Position numbers and translations under genes: made by a program
Part shown: in pieces, positions 26,763 to 37,624 of the stretch
How positions within the stretch are numbered: position 1 is the first letter of the stretch
Layout: every line of letters begins with the position of its first letter
The notes under the pieces: model-generated
Told to the model about the DNA's origin: nothing
Database searches by the model: none
What the model saw: the letters and a program-made list of their open reading frames with translations, nothing else
Assembly (NCBI GenBank): GCA_900617105.1
Contig: UYFQ01000573.1
Span: 1-43,018, forward strand
DNA from: Hydrurus foetidus
Lineage: Eukaryota
DNA length: 43,018 nucleotides
Direction: 5' to 3'

Positions 26763-29450
26763 GCTCTCGGAATGGTTCCTTGCAGTAAATATCAAATTTC
26801 GCCATTTTTTCGACCACAGGTACAATGATTGTTCAAAGAGCTTAGTTAGCCACAGATTTTTCGATTTATCTCCTTAAAGAATCAGAGGAGTAAGAAAATA
26901 TCTCTAGGCAACCTTGTCTATGACTCCAACATTAATTTTCTACGAATGCATGGAGCAGGCGAATTTTCATCACTACGTTGCAATGCCTTCAGTAACAAGG
27001 AATTTTTGAAATACATGAAAACAAAGTGGATGATAACAAATCGGCTAAGTACAATTTTTAAATTTTCAAATTTAATCATTAAAATACTTTCAACACATTT
27101 TCTCACCATTTTTTTGTGCTGCTGACTGGGGTATACTTACAGTAGTAGAATCTCAATAAAAAACGTTATTTACAGGTGTTAGCAAAAAGTTTTGTGTTTA
27201 AAAAGTTTCTGCTGGTTTCTCCCCTCTCCCCTTCAAAGAAAGTTCGAACCCGGTCATTTATCGGATACTGCGCCGCCCAGAATGTCAGCAAAGTTTGCTC
27301 TCAGTAGCGTTTTGTGGCAGAATTTGAGCATATTTTATTTTTCGAGTGGCTATATTTAGTGATTTTGTAGCACAATTTTAGAATTCGGTTGCTGAATGAA
27401 AATATTCGACTTTTTTCTTATTTTCTTTTTTTTAGGGGTGCGTTCGGTAAACTTAGAAAACCTGTATTTCCGACGATTTTTGGCGAAAATCCATCATTTC
27501 CGACGGTTGAAGTTTTTTTTACTGAAATGAGCGTTAGGTAAATTTGTTGCAGCGTGAAAAATCACGGAGAGTTGTGGTTTGAAACGATTCATGTTTTAGG
27601 TGAATCCTGATACCTGCAAGTTTTGAGATGAACCTTTTGGGCCCAAATTGTCGGGGCTAAATCATGCATGAACAGCATCGAATAGGAGTTAAAATCAATA
27701 ATGTCTTAGTACATTGCGAAGATTACACGACTTTCAGATTTGATTGAGCATAACCACTCCTTAGGAAACCAGATTGAAGAAGTCTATAATAATTCTGTTG
27801 TATTGTAGTGTAGTTAGTTCAATAAGTCTTTATTGTTCGAAGAAAAAAAGCTCGGACAATCAATCGATATATTTTATTTCCCACTAATCTGCTGGTAGCA
27901 GACTAAACACAGAGAAAAGTCACGAGTTACAGCTGAAAAACTTGCGGCAGCAACATGATCAGGTCTTCAAGTTGCCTTTGGTACTGTGGCAGAAGAACAA
28001 AGCAAAAGTGCGAAATCGGTGTTCCCAAAAACGGAAGCAAAAAGAATAACAAATATCATTTCACGGCATACCCTCTGTTCAGGATTCAAGATAATAAATA
28101 TTCATGGCAGTATAATCACGTATGTATGTGTAGCATTTACATGATGGCGCTCTCGCGTCGTTGGTAGAGTAAGATGCTGTCTACGTGGCCACCGGCCAAG
28201 TGGAACGCGGACCCGTACTCACACCTCACTTGTACAAACTTGATTTCGACTTGCGTTCGACTCCGTTACACTGCCGACGACTGTTCTCATACATTTAACG
28301 GATCTGATATTTTTGAATCCTGTTTTGAATTAATGATGCGTACGACTCATGAAGCAAAAGATATGAACTTCAAGACTGGTACCTAGATAGATAAATGATG
28401 ACATGTATGGTTGTAGTCTCCTGTTCGACGATCAACGCATACTTCTTTATCTCGTAAATAAGAAGCCACACTAAGTGCAACTACCCAACCTTCAGCAAGA
28501 AATAATCCTCTGTCGACAGGAGAGCGCGCCTGAAGACACAAGAGCCTTTCTGCTAAAAGTACCAGCTTATATTACAGAAGGATAAAGGATAGAAAAAAAC
28601 TTATTCTGAAACCGGTACAACCTTCCCAGTTTCACCGTATCAGTGAAACGGCTGTCACCAACGGACAAGTCCACAGATTTGGAAAATCCGAGTCACCCTC
28701 TAATATCTTATGGGTGATTGTGCCACACTAAATGAAACAATGGTTGACAGGTTATGGCAGCATTTGAGTGAATATACACCTTTCATCACTCCATCTCTCA
28801 TTAGAAATGCGCCAGTAGTAGTCCGTGTGCTAATAGATGATGAGTAAGTGCTGTAGCATAATCACAATCTACAGATCTGTTATCAGGAAATATTCTTCTT
28901 TCATATTCCCGAGAACATTCTTCTTTCACTATTCCTTGTGGTTAGAGAATATTCTTCTTTACTACTCCCTCTACTGCAAGCTCTCTGGTGTTCTATGTTA
29001 GGTAAATTCAACCGACAGACCAACACCCGGCTATATAAAATCAACAGAAAGTCTCCGTACGTGCAGTACAGTACTTCTAATAGAGTACGTATGCACGGCA
29101 TTGAAAACTGGAAAGGAAAAACAAAATACGAAATTAATTCAAATATTCAAGTTAATACAGATTATTAACAGATAGTACATAATCAGCGACAATGCAAGAA
29201 TGTAAGGGTAATTAGTTATACGGAACAAGACGACTGAAACCTACTTGTCTTCTGTTGGTCAAGAAAGAACATAATTGTAATTTCATTTCTTGCTGTTTGA
29301 AGTCACAGACCATCAAGAAAATGAAAAAATTGCGGGTGAATTTTCGCTTCAGCTGTGCACTTCGAAACGAAGTAGATGAATGCATCAAAGTGACTGAAAG
29401 TGTGCAACGCTAGCATTCTTAAAATGACATTTGTAAATTCGAAATAGAGT

Positions 29451-29589
29451 GTTCCTGATTTGTCCTGATCTGCGGGGGACAAATTCTCAGGACAGGGCAA
29501 ATTTAGCGATAATATGTTTTTATCTCGATTTTAGGACAAATCTACCCTGAGACAAATTTGCCGCAGACAAGTCGGGACAAATCATGAAC
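29451..29589. mobile_element. Small MITE-like palindromic element
   Basis: GTTCCTGATTTGTCCTGA matches the reverse complement of TCGGGACAAATCATGAAC at 16/18; inner TCTGCGG/CCGCAGA; repeated GACAAAT motifs. TSD not clear. Confidence 0.55.
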
Positions 29590-30211
29590 TCCAATCTGTA
29601 ATATTATAGTTGGAAAATTGTATTCTTCGACTGCTATGCGTGGAAGGAAATGAAATCAAATTTCAGTGAAATCAAATAACTTTGTAAGTACTTTGTCTCT
29701 CTTATACATAGTTATCTAATGTAATCTGTGTTGCAGACTGTATTTTTCCTCTTTTTCTTTTTCATTCATCCACTGTTCTTTATTATATTCTGTAGGATTA
29801 GAGCAGTATTTCGATTTTCAGTATTGATCGATTGATGATAATCTACACTCAGACGTCATTAATATATATTATCCTTGCGGCATTTCAGATATGCATATAT
29901 TTCTGATTACTTTTTTCATATCTGCAATATTGTCGCAACGCCTTGTGACGTATATGTATATCTTTTAAATACTCTCTGTCAGTGAATATTTAGATAGAGT
30001 GGGTTTGTTCCGTGATATCGCCACATACTCGTCATTTTCTCTTCAATAAATTGGCATATTCTCTTCACTGATTATTTATTCTACGGAATTTGATTTGATA
30101 CTTGATGTGTGTTTAATTAATACTTATTTCCTTGGACATGAAACGTTTCATTGAAACGTCTATTCCATATATTTAAATATCGTTTCCTCCGATTTATTAA
30201 ATTCGATTTAA

Positions 30212-32527
30212 TTATACTTTTTTTTGTACGTTTCGTGTCGCATGATAATTTTTTGAAATGAATTCGAAATCTTCATTTTGCGACATGACGAATGCTACTG
30301 TGTGAGCCAATGAAGTGTAACCCAAATCATTAGGGTGCAAGTTATCTTCTCTGAACAAATCTTTCCTCTTCAGCTCTTTCCCTCCCATGGCTGAAAAAGC
30401 ATCAATTACGATTACCTTATTTCTCACTTTCACTTTCTGTATCGCATTATTTAGTCGGTCATTGAACGCTTTTGCGTTCCTGCAACTCCCCTCCTCTTTC
30501 ACATCACAGTACATAGGAGGAGGAGTGATCAGATAAACGGTAGGTTTGCTGGCAAGACCGCGAAATTTGCTGATAAGTTCAGAATAATTGACGACGAATG
30601 ACTCCTCGTTCCATACACCATGCATCATGTCATTTGTGCCGAATTGCAGAATGACAACATGAGGGTGACTTTTGATGGCTTGGGCGTACTGCGCTTCATT
30701 GCGATAGTTCAAATCGTTTTTTGTCCCTGCCGTTGCATTCGAGACACAGGCACCCGACACACCGTAGTTCCAAACTAATTGAAAATGATAAACAACAGAA
30801 AGTTATAAAATAAAGATGACTAATTAATCATGCATTTGGAACAAGAATGTGAGTTACCTAGTGAGTTAAGTTAGTGAGTGAGTGAATGAGTGAGTACATG
30901 AGTGAGTGAGTGAATGAGTGAGGGAGGGAGATAGTGAGTGAGTGAGTGAGGAGTGAGTGAGTGAGATAGTGAGTGAGTGAGTGAGTGAGTGGAGTGAGTG
31001 AGTGAGTGGAGTGAGTGAGTGAGAGAGGAGAGATAGTGAGTGAGTGAGTGGAAGTGAGTAAGAAGGAGTGAGATGTGAGTGAGTGAGATGAGTGAGAGTG
31101 GAGATAGTGAGTGAGTGAGTGAGTGAGAGATAGGTGAGTGAGTAGGGTGGTGGTTTAATGAAGTAATGGTGCAGCGGTCATTTAATGAATTCAACTTCTT
31201 AATTTCATTCTACTTCATTCCGGCAGAGTAATGAATCTTGAATTTAAAAATGAACATTTGCAGTCAAACACAATTTCACACCGCAATAGACAGAGTGACA
31301 ATTTGTATCAACGCTATGCCTCCACCTTGGTAATGGTGGAATCCAGGATGTCTCTGAAGTATGGCTGGATAGGACATCACGTTGATATCTCGTGAACCCC
31401 AACCTTCTGTTATGGAGTCCTACGAAGTTAAAAAAAAATTGAATTTAAACATAAGTAGCTGTGATAGTCGTACAACAGTCATGGCACTATTCATGCACTC
31501 AAATGTGAAGAAACAAAGAATACAATAGATAATGTGACTTGACGTGACTTACACCAACGCATGCGATGAGAGGGCGCATAGGAATGGGGACGTTCTTCTC
31601 CTCAATGCTCGGATTCTTCCTCATGTATTCCTGCACGTGACTGTACACTGAGTCGTGCTTCACTTGAAAGCGACTCGGATTGCCATTCGTACTCTCCAAT
31701 GCATTTTCAGCAACGTCACTGTGTTCATAAAATCTCTCTATTTTAATATTCCTACGAGCATGCGCCAGTATTCTCGATGCTACGTTATTCGCTATCAAAG
31801 CATTCCCCACATCGTTAGGATGAATACCATCATGCGGAGGTAAGTTGGTCCAGTTTTCTTCTTTGGTTTGCGTGGAGTGATAAAACGCCTCTGGATTCGA
31901 TAACTTCTCACCGCCCAATAGGTTGAAATTATCTACTAAAGAAGCACCCGTCCGAAACGCGAGATCATGGATAATGGGCGGCAATAACGCGTTCACAACA
32001 TGCATGCGCTTATGGTACTTCCAGCACGTATTGCTTTCTTCGTTGAATGCTGTTCGTTTTGGACAGTATATGGGAGGAGGAATACATAAAAATATTGCTG
32101 GATGAGATAGACCACTCTGATATAGCTCAATCAAGTTCGTGTAGTCTTCTCGAAATAGAGTTTCATTCCAGTTTGAAGGCTTCGCATCATTCGTTCCGAA
32201 TTGCAGGACGATGTATGTTGCATTGCTTTGTATCGATAGGGTGAACTCCTTTTCCAACCAATATGGATGATCGCTAACTTTCAGGACAGTCATCCCGTTG
32301 GACCCGAAGTTATTGACTTGAACTTTCGCCTTCGAATAATGTCGCTGTAGGAATGCTGGATATGCAGATGTAGAGTTGACGCTGCTCCCGTTCGTTATTG
32401 AGTCACCAACACAAGATATTATCAACGTATCCGATGTTTTCGATAAGTGAAGCAGTCCAAGATTGGGAAAAAGAAAACTCATTGCGATGACGGCAATAAG
32501 AAGCATCATGATGACTTTATTACGCAT
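30212..32527 (-). CDS. Secreted or membrane-anchored esterase with two tandem SGNH/GDSL domains, ~543 aa; exons 32527-31553, 31419-31326, 30774-30212
   Basis: N-terminal hydrophobic signal. Domain 1: CVGDSIT, NFGSNG, QFGTNDA, DGIHPND. Domain 2: CVG|DSIT, V|WNYGVSG, QFGTNDM, DNLHPND. Introns GT-AG and in phase. Confidence 0.9.
30850..31143. repeat. (GTGA)n/(TCAC)n microsatellite in SGNH intron 2
   Basis: Directly visible. Confidence 0.95.
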
Positions 32528-32981
32528 TCACGCGACAACAACTGCAAGATGGAAGTTTCAAGAGATGACCGCGCAATGCGCAGATTACCGAATACCGATT
32601 AGCGATTAGCGATATACAGTAACAGAGCTCACCAAACAATAATTGTGAGGTACAATTAATCGCGATTAATCGACGATTAATTGTTAACAATTATTAATCG
32701 TTTGGAGAATTTTTTTGGAAGATCACGATTTTAAGGCTACAATTCACGGCAACGCTAAAAAATGTTCCCACATATTTTAAGGGAAGGTTCCCAATGATGT
32801 CGCAATCTTGTCATTCCACGGCGTTTCCACATAACCTAACCTTAAGATTCAAATTTTTGAATTCAAATTGTAATTAATTATACTGAGAATTGCGAGCTAC
32901 TTTGGTAACCATGGCATTGATAAAAGCCTCGTTGGGCAACAGACACATCTTGACTCCTTATCCCTTGTAGTAGCAGCGAGA

Positions 32982-34451
32982 ATGATCTACAACATCAAGG
33001 ACATTTGCGAGAGATTACAACTTTTGCATCGAAGCACCATGAGACTTCTACGTAAGCGCCGACAGAGAAAGCAAGCGATTGTCAATCAAGTTCGCAGGCA
33101 GCGTGCAAAACCTGAGGTAGAAAGAGACAAAAACCCTAACTACTGGCAGTCAACTTGGGGTCAACTGATTAAGCGTCTAGCAAGCATAGAGGGTGGGCCA
33201 TCCATCTTATCTCGAGACGGAAAACTTTTTAGACGTAGATTCCGCGTGCCGTACCAAGTCTACTGCAAACTTGTCAGCATGTGCATTGACAAGAACGTTT
33301 TTGGATTAAACTCCAACTTGGATACTGATGTGGCCAATCGAGCCATTTGCCCAGTTGAAATAAAAGTTCTTGCTGTCCTGAGAATTTTAGGCCGTAATTG
33401 GAATTTTGACGATATAGCAGAGGCCACATCAATGGGTGAAACGACTGCAAGGAGGGCATTTCATCTGTTCTGCGAAAACTTTGTTCAACATTACTACGAC
33501 CAATTTGTATACAGGCCCAAAGATGAGAAGTTAGAAAAGGTGATGGAAGTATTTGCTAAAATGGGTCTCCCAGGATGCATCGGATCGACGGACTGTGTCC
33601 ATTTGAAGTGGGACAGATGCCCGGTTAGCTTGAATCAAGTCTGCTCAGGAAAGGAGGGATATCCCTCGCTTGCATATTCGTGTACAGTAGACCATCACAG
33701 GCGCATTCTTGGGGCAACTAGTAGCTTTTACGGTGCTCGGAATGACAAGACTATTGTTCGCCATGACACTTACATTACGGACGTTAAAAACAAGAAAGTG
33801 CATGAGGAAATTCAGTACAATATCTTCATAAATGGGATTTCAAAAAGTGTCAAAGGTGTCTATTATATTTGCGATGGTGGTTATCACCGCTGGAGCTGCA
33901 TGATCAATCCGATCAAACACACGATCTCAAGAGGAGATCGGCTCTGGTCTGAATGGGTCGAGTCGACTAGAAAAGATGTAGAATGCACGTTTGGGATTCT
34001 GAAGAGCAGATGGCGCTTTCTTCGAAATGGCATTGTACTCCAAAATCAATCTCTCATTGACTTCGCATTTTTCACTTGCTGCATTTTGCACAACCTTATA
34101 CTAGAGTACGATGGCTTGGATAGCAGGTGGGAGCAGGATGTCGACTGGGATCAAATCAATCCTCAGCCTGACAACTCTGATGAGGGTTTCGATGAAGAGA
34201 GCGCAGTGCCGGGCATTCAAGAAATGCGAGTCCTTGCGAGGGTGAATCAGTGGACTACAGCGGTGGATATGTCTAACGACGATAACGAGGCGATAGGCAA
34301 TGAAATAGAAGCCGAAATCGATTACGATTTTGAAACGAAGAGACGCAGTTTGATAGAGCACTTCCTCCAAGCTTACGATGCAGGGCTTGTGAAATGGCCG
34401 AGAGCATTCACCGTAGAAAAGAAAGCTTGTTACAATAAGGGCTTAAATTAA
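32982..34451 (+). CDS. Harbinger-type DDE transposase, 489 aa
   Basis: FRRRFRVP, GLPGCIGSTDCVH, GARNDKT, CDGGY, RKDVECTFGILKSRW, CCILHN; uninterrupted. Confidence 0.93.
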   Translation: MIYNIKDICERLQLLHRSTMRLLRKRRQRKQAIVNQVRRQRAKPEVERDKNPNYWQSTWGQLIKRLASIEGGPSILSRDGKLFRRRFRVPYQVYCKLVSMCIDKNVFGLNSNLDTDVANRAICPVEIKVLAVLRILGRNWNFDDIAEATSMGETTARRAFHLFCENFVQHYYDQFVYRPKDEKLEKVMEVFAKMGLPGCIGSTDCVHLKWDRCPVSLNQVCSGKEGYPSLAYSCTVDHHRRILGATSSFYGARNDKTIVRHDTYITDVKNKKVHEEIQYNIFINGISKSVKGVYYICDGGYHRWSCMINPIKHTISRGDRLWSEWVESTRKDVECTFGILKSRWRFLRNGIVLQNQSLIDFAFFTCCILHNLILEYDGLDSRWEQDVDWDQINPQPDNSDEGFDEESAVPGIQEMRVLARVNQWTTAVDMSNDDNEAIGNEIEAEIDYDFETKRRSLIEHFLQAYDAGLVKWPRAFTVEKKACYNKGLN

Positions 34452-34655
34452 TTTATTATAAATTGCGTGAAACTAATTAAAGCGAGTTGTGAAAGTGACT
34501 GCATAGCAAACTACAAGTAAATGCATGGCAAGCTGCAAATTGCTGCAGAGGAAAGTCACTCCATGGCGAAGTATCACTGTTGTGTAAAATCATTGCATGG
34601 CGTGGTATCACTTCAGAGTAAAGTCACTGCATGGCGTAACAACTCTGATGAATAT

Positions 34656-35903
34656 CTATACTGTCTCGCCATCGTTATCCTCCCAGTCATCCTGAAAGTG
34701 TTGTCAATACATGAAAAATAACGTCACTTTTCATGCACTCACATTTTGATTACCGAACATAATCTCAAGTGGTCAGTGAATCAGAAATCGAGTAGGCATA
34801 TCGAGTAGGCAATCACAATAACACGTTACCTTCGACAGCTCAGCTAGCATTTCAAAGCTTGGCTGGTCCAACTTCAAATCTAGTCTATCATCGTCAGCAC
34901 ATTTTGCCGGCATGATCGCCGATGCTGGAGTGGATCTTTCGTTCCTTTTGGAGCATTTCATTTGTCCGCTCGTCGGACAAGGCACCATGGCGAAGTTGTA
35001 CAAGTTCATTTTGTGCTCAAGTATTTTGTCTTCAGGTAAGTTCAAAGACTTGGCCAAGTCCAAAACGGTCTCCAACCTTTTCATCTCGTTGCTCCAGGCG
35101 ACTTGTGTCGTCATCTCCTGCTGTGCTGCCCAACCACTTCTTAAAATCTCAATTTCATCATCCCCTTCCTCGACCTCTTTAACGATTACCTCTTGCTTTA
35201 CTGTAGCGCCTTTCAGACCAGCCAGTCGACGTTGATCACGACTTCCTGTGGCCGCCATCTGCTCCCTCAGATCAGCGGATGATCTCTTCGTAAGCTGGCT
35301 AGGACCTGATCCAGATGTTGTTGATCTGAAAATTCCAAGGCATCCTCTATCTCCAGCAGGTAATCCGAGAAATCTGAAGCAAGGCCACTCCTTGAACGTC
35401 CATTCTTGATCGAACTCTTTGTGTGTCGAATCGATCGTTTTATCCTTCTTGAGCTTGATTCTCTCGGTTTCATTATGACTCCAGGCAGCTTTTCTACAAA
35501 TTAGGAGCGCATCTGGTAGCTGATTCCCTGAGGCGAAAGACGTTGGATCCTTCCAACTAGGATTCAGGATATTGTTGACGTAATGAATGATTGCCTTTGC
35601 TTTCCTTATCATTTGCTCTCCATTATCTGAGTCGATTTCTGTCAAAATTGCCTCCGGCTCGCAACTAACTTTAAAAAAGTGAGCGTACGTTTTTCTTAAT
35701 TCAGGTACCCACTGCGCAGCCTTTACTTTGATGAGCTCTTCTTGCTGCTTGGTCGACATTTTGCCACCGTTCACGACAATGTCATTCCAGGATAAGGAGA
35801 GAACGAAGCAGTAGGCCTCGGCAAATTGCTTTGTGGCCCTGCCTTTCCTTTTCACTACTGTCGATGCAGTCGAAGCAGTCGATGATGCGGAGACTTCTTC
35901 CAT
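34656..35903 (-). CDS. Harbinger A accessory ORF (putative DNA-binding partner); probable exons 35903-34830, 34691-34656
   Basis: Long open ORF inside the TIRs, convergent with the transposase, as expected for ORF2 of PIF/Harbinger. A Myb/SANT domain is not clearly recognisable; the last exon is tentative. Confidence 0.7.
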
Positions 35904-36140
35904 TTGAAAGAAGGTATGATGAAATTCCGCAGAATGTGTAGGCTTATCTGCTGCCTGTTCTGTTATGTGGTAACATGGAAAGCTTACCACATATAGACTG
36001 CTTATGTGGAGAGATTTGCCTCTTACCGTACATTATGTGGTAAAAAAATGCCCGTGAAACGACTTTTTCCCACATAATTCGTACGCTATAATATGTGGTA
36101 CAGGTTTTATGGTGACCGTGAAATGCAGCCTAAGGTATTT

Positions 36141-36971
36141 TATAATATTGACCCTGAATGGCCTTTTGACCCTGAATGACCCTCATTTTTTAATGACCCT
36201 CAATGGCCCTTTGGGGGGTCATTCAGGGTCAAAATAATAGAGGGTCATTCAGGGTCATAGGGTCATTGAGGATCATGAATTGGGTTGTCATTCAGGGTCG
36301 GTTAGAGTTACAGCTTACAGCAAGTTGTTTTGGCTTGCCTGTTAGGGTTAGTAGCACTAACCTTGCGTTGGCTAGGGTTAGGGGTTGGGACAAAGGGTCT
36401 AATTACCTGAAATCTAGTTGCGTTAGGGGTACAGCTTACAGCAAGTTGTTTTGGCTTGCCTGTTAGGGTTAGTGGCACTAACCTTGCGTTGGCTAGGGTT
36501 AGGGGTTGGGACAAAGGGTCTAATTACCTGAAATCTAGTTGCGTTAGGGGTACAGCTTACAGCAAGTTGTTTTGGCTTGCCTGTTAGGGTTAGTGGCACT
36601 AACCTTGCGTTGGCTAGGGTTAGGAGCTGGGCAAAGGGTCTAATTACCTGAAATCTAGTTGCGTTAGGGGTACAGCAAGTTGTTTCTGACTGACGAGGGT
36701 CATTCAGGGTCATACATGGTCATTCAGGGTCACCCCAAAATTTCCAACGGCGTATCTTGGGGGGTCAGGGTCATTCGGGGTCAAAATAAAAGTGCCTTTT
36801 CCAGGGCCATTCAGGGTCAAAAAAATACGAGGGTCATTCAGGGTCGGGGGGTCATTCAGGGTCATCAATAACCGACAATGCCACTTAGAACCGTCTCAGT
36901 ATGACCCTGAATGACCCTGAGGACCCTGAGGGCCATTCAGGGTCATAGGGTCATTCAGGGTCAAAATTATA
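36141..36971. mobile_element. Non-coding foldback-like element with many CATTCAGGGTCA/TGACCCTGAATG subterminal motifs
   Basis: Terminal inverted repeat TATAAT(A/T)TTGACCCTGAATG(G/A)CC; the motif recurs in both orientations at 36149-36300 and 36696-36964. Confidence 0.75.
36301..36684. repeat. ~121-bp tandem repeat x3 with TTAGGG-like motifs
   Basis: Units start 36301, 36422, 36543, with a partial at 36663; contain TTAGGGTTAG and TAGGGTTAGGGG. Confidence 0.9.
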
Positions 36972-37229
36972 GATTATCGATTTTAACGATTAATTGTAAG
37001 ATTAATCGTACCAAAAATAGTGGTAGAAATACGATTAATTAATCGTGACAATTAATTGTCTTGATTAATGGGTACGATTAATCTCCTGTGCCATTCCAGT
37101 GGTCAGAAAGTTTTCAGTTTGTATGAGAGACATGCTCTGCACTCTACCATCGACATCATTTCTCTATAATATTATATAACAATAATATATTAATGACTAC
37201 GAGTATTGTCGACAGCTCACTCAGATTGG

Positions 37230-37396
37230 TGTTTAGTATTTCGAAATTACAAAAACGACAACCATACGAATTACAAAAACGATTAATTTTGTATTTCGTC
37301 GTTTCATAACAAACGTGACTAGACGAAATACGAAGTACAAAAATGGACTTTTAGATGTTTTGTATTTCGTATTTCTTTTTACCATATGGACCGACC
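37230..37396. mobile_element. Orphan right end of a third, related Harbinger family
   Basis: Reverse complement GGTCGGTCCATATGGT..AATACGAAATACAAA resembles element B's TIR GGTCAATCCTTGTGGT..AACAAAATACAAA; followed by TAA. Left boundary approximate. Confidence 0.6.
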
Positions 37397-37624
37397 TAAG
37401 GTCAATCCTTGTGGTCTTACAAAAACAAAATACAAAATTGAAGTTTTTTTTGTATTTTGTATTTTGTATTTTGTACTTTGTGCTATCTCGTACCTTGTCG
37501 AGCGTCAAAGTACAAAAAATGCACTTTTTCGATTTTGTCTGGTCCACGTATCTTGTGGTGCCACGTTGCAAATTACAAATCGGAAATGTCTTCGTCGAAT
37601 TGAGCAGTCACACATATTTTAAAT

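Larger units (their letters stand above)
32735..36130 (+). mobile_element. PIF/Harbinger-superfamily DNA transposon A, ~3.4 kb, apparently intact
   Basis: TIRs GGCTACAATTCACGG / CCGTGAAATGCAGCC (13/15), TAA TSD (32732-32734, 36131-36133), two convergent ORFs. Confidence 0.92.
32623..37182. mobile_element. hAT-type MITE copy 1: interrupted by a 4.2-kb insert (32735-36977) and truncated at ~37182
   Basis: 32623-32734 plus 36987-37182 are near-identical to 42035-42340; preceded by the same TACAGTAA. Confidence 0.85.

Noticed and set aside
27238..27280. tRNA/SINE-like B box (GGTTCGAAC, minus strand)
   Set aside because: No cloverleaf, and the A-box-like motif is too close.
27000..30200. Possible decayed coding sequence
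   Set aside because: No recognisable domain by eye; needs a translated search.
36149..36964. CRISPR-like array or true telomere
   Set aside because: Repeats are in mixed orientation with no unique regular spacers; TTAGGG is not in a pure tandem tract; no cas genes; eukaryotic context.
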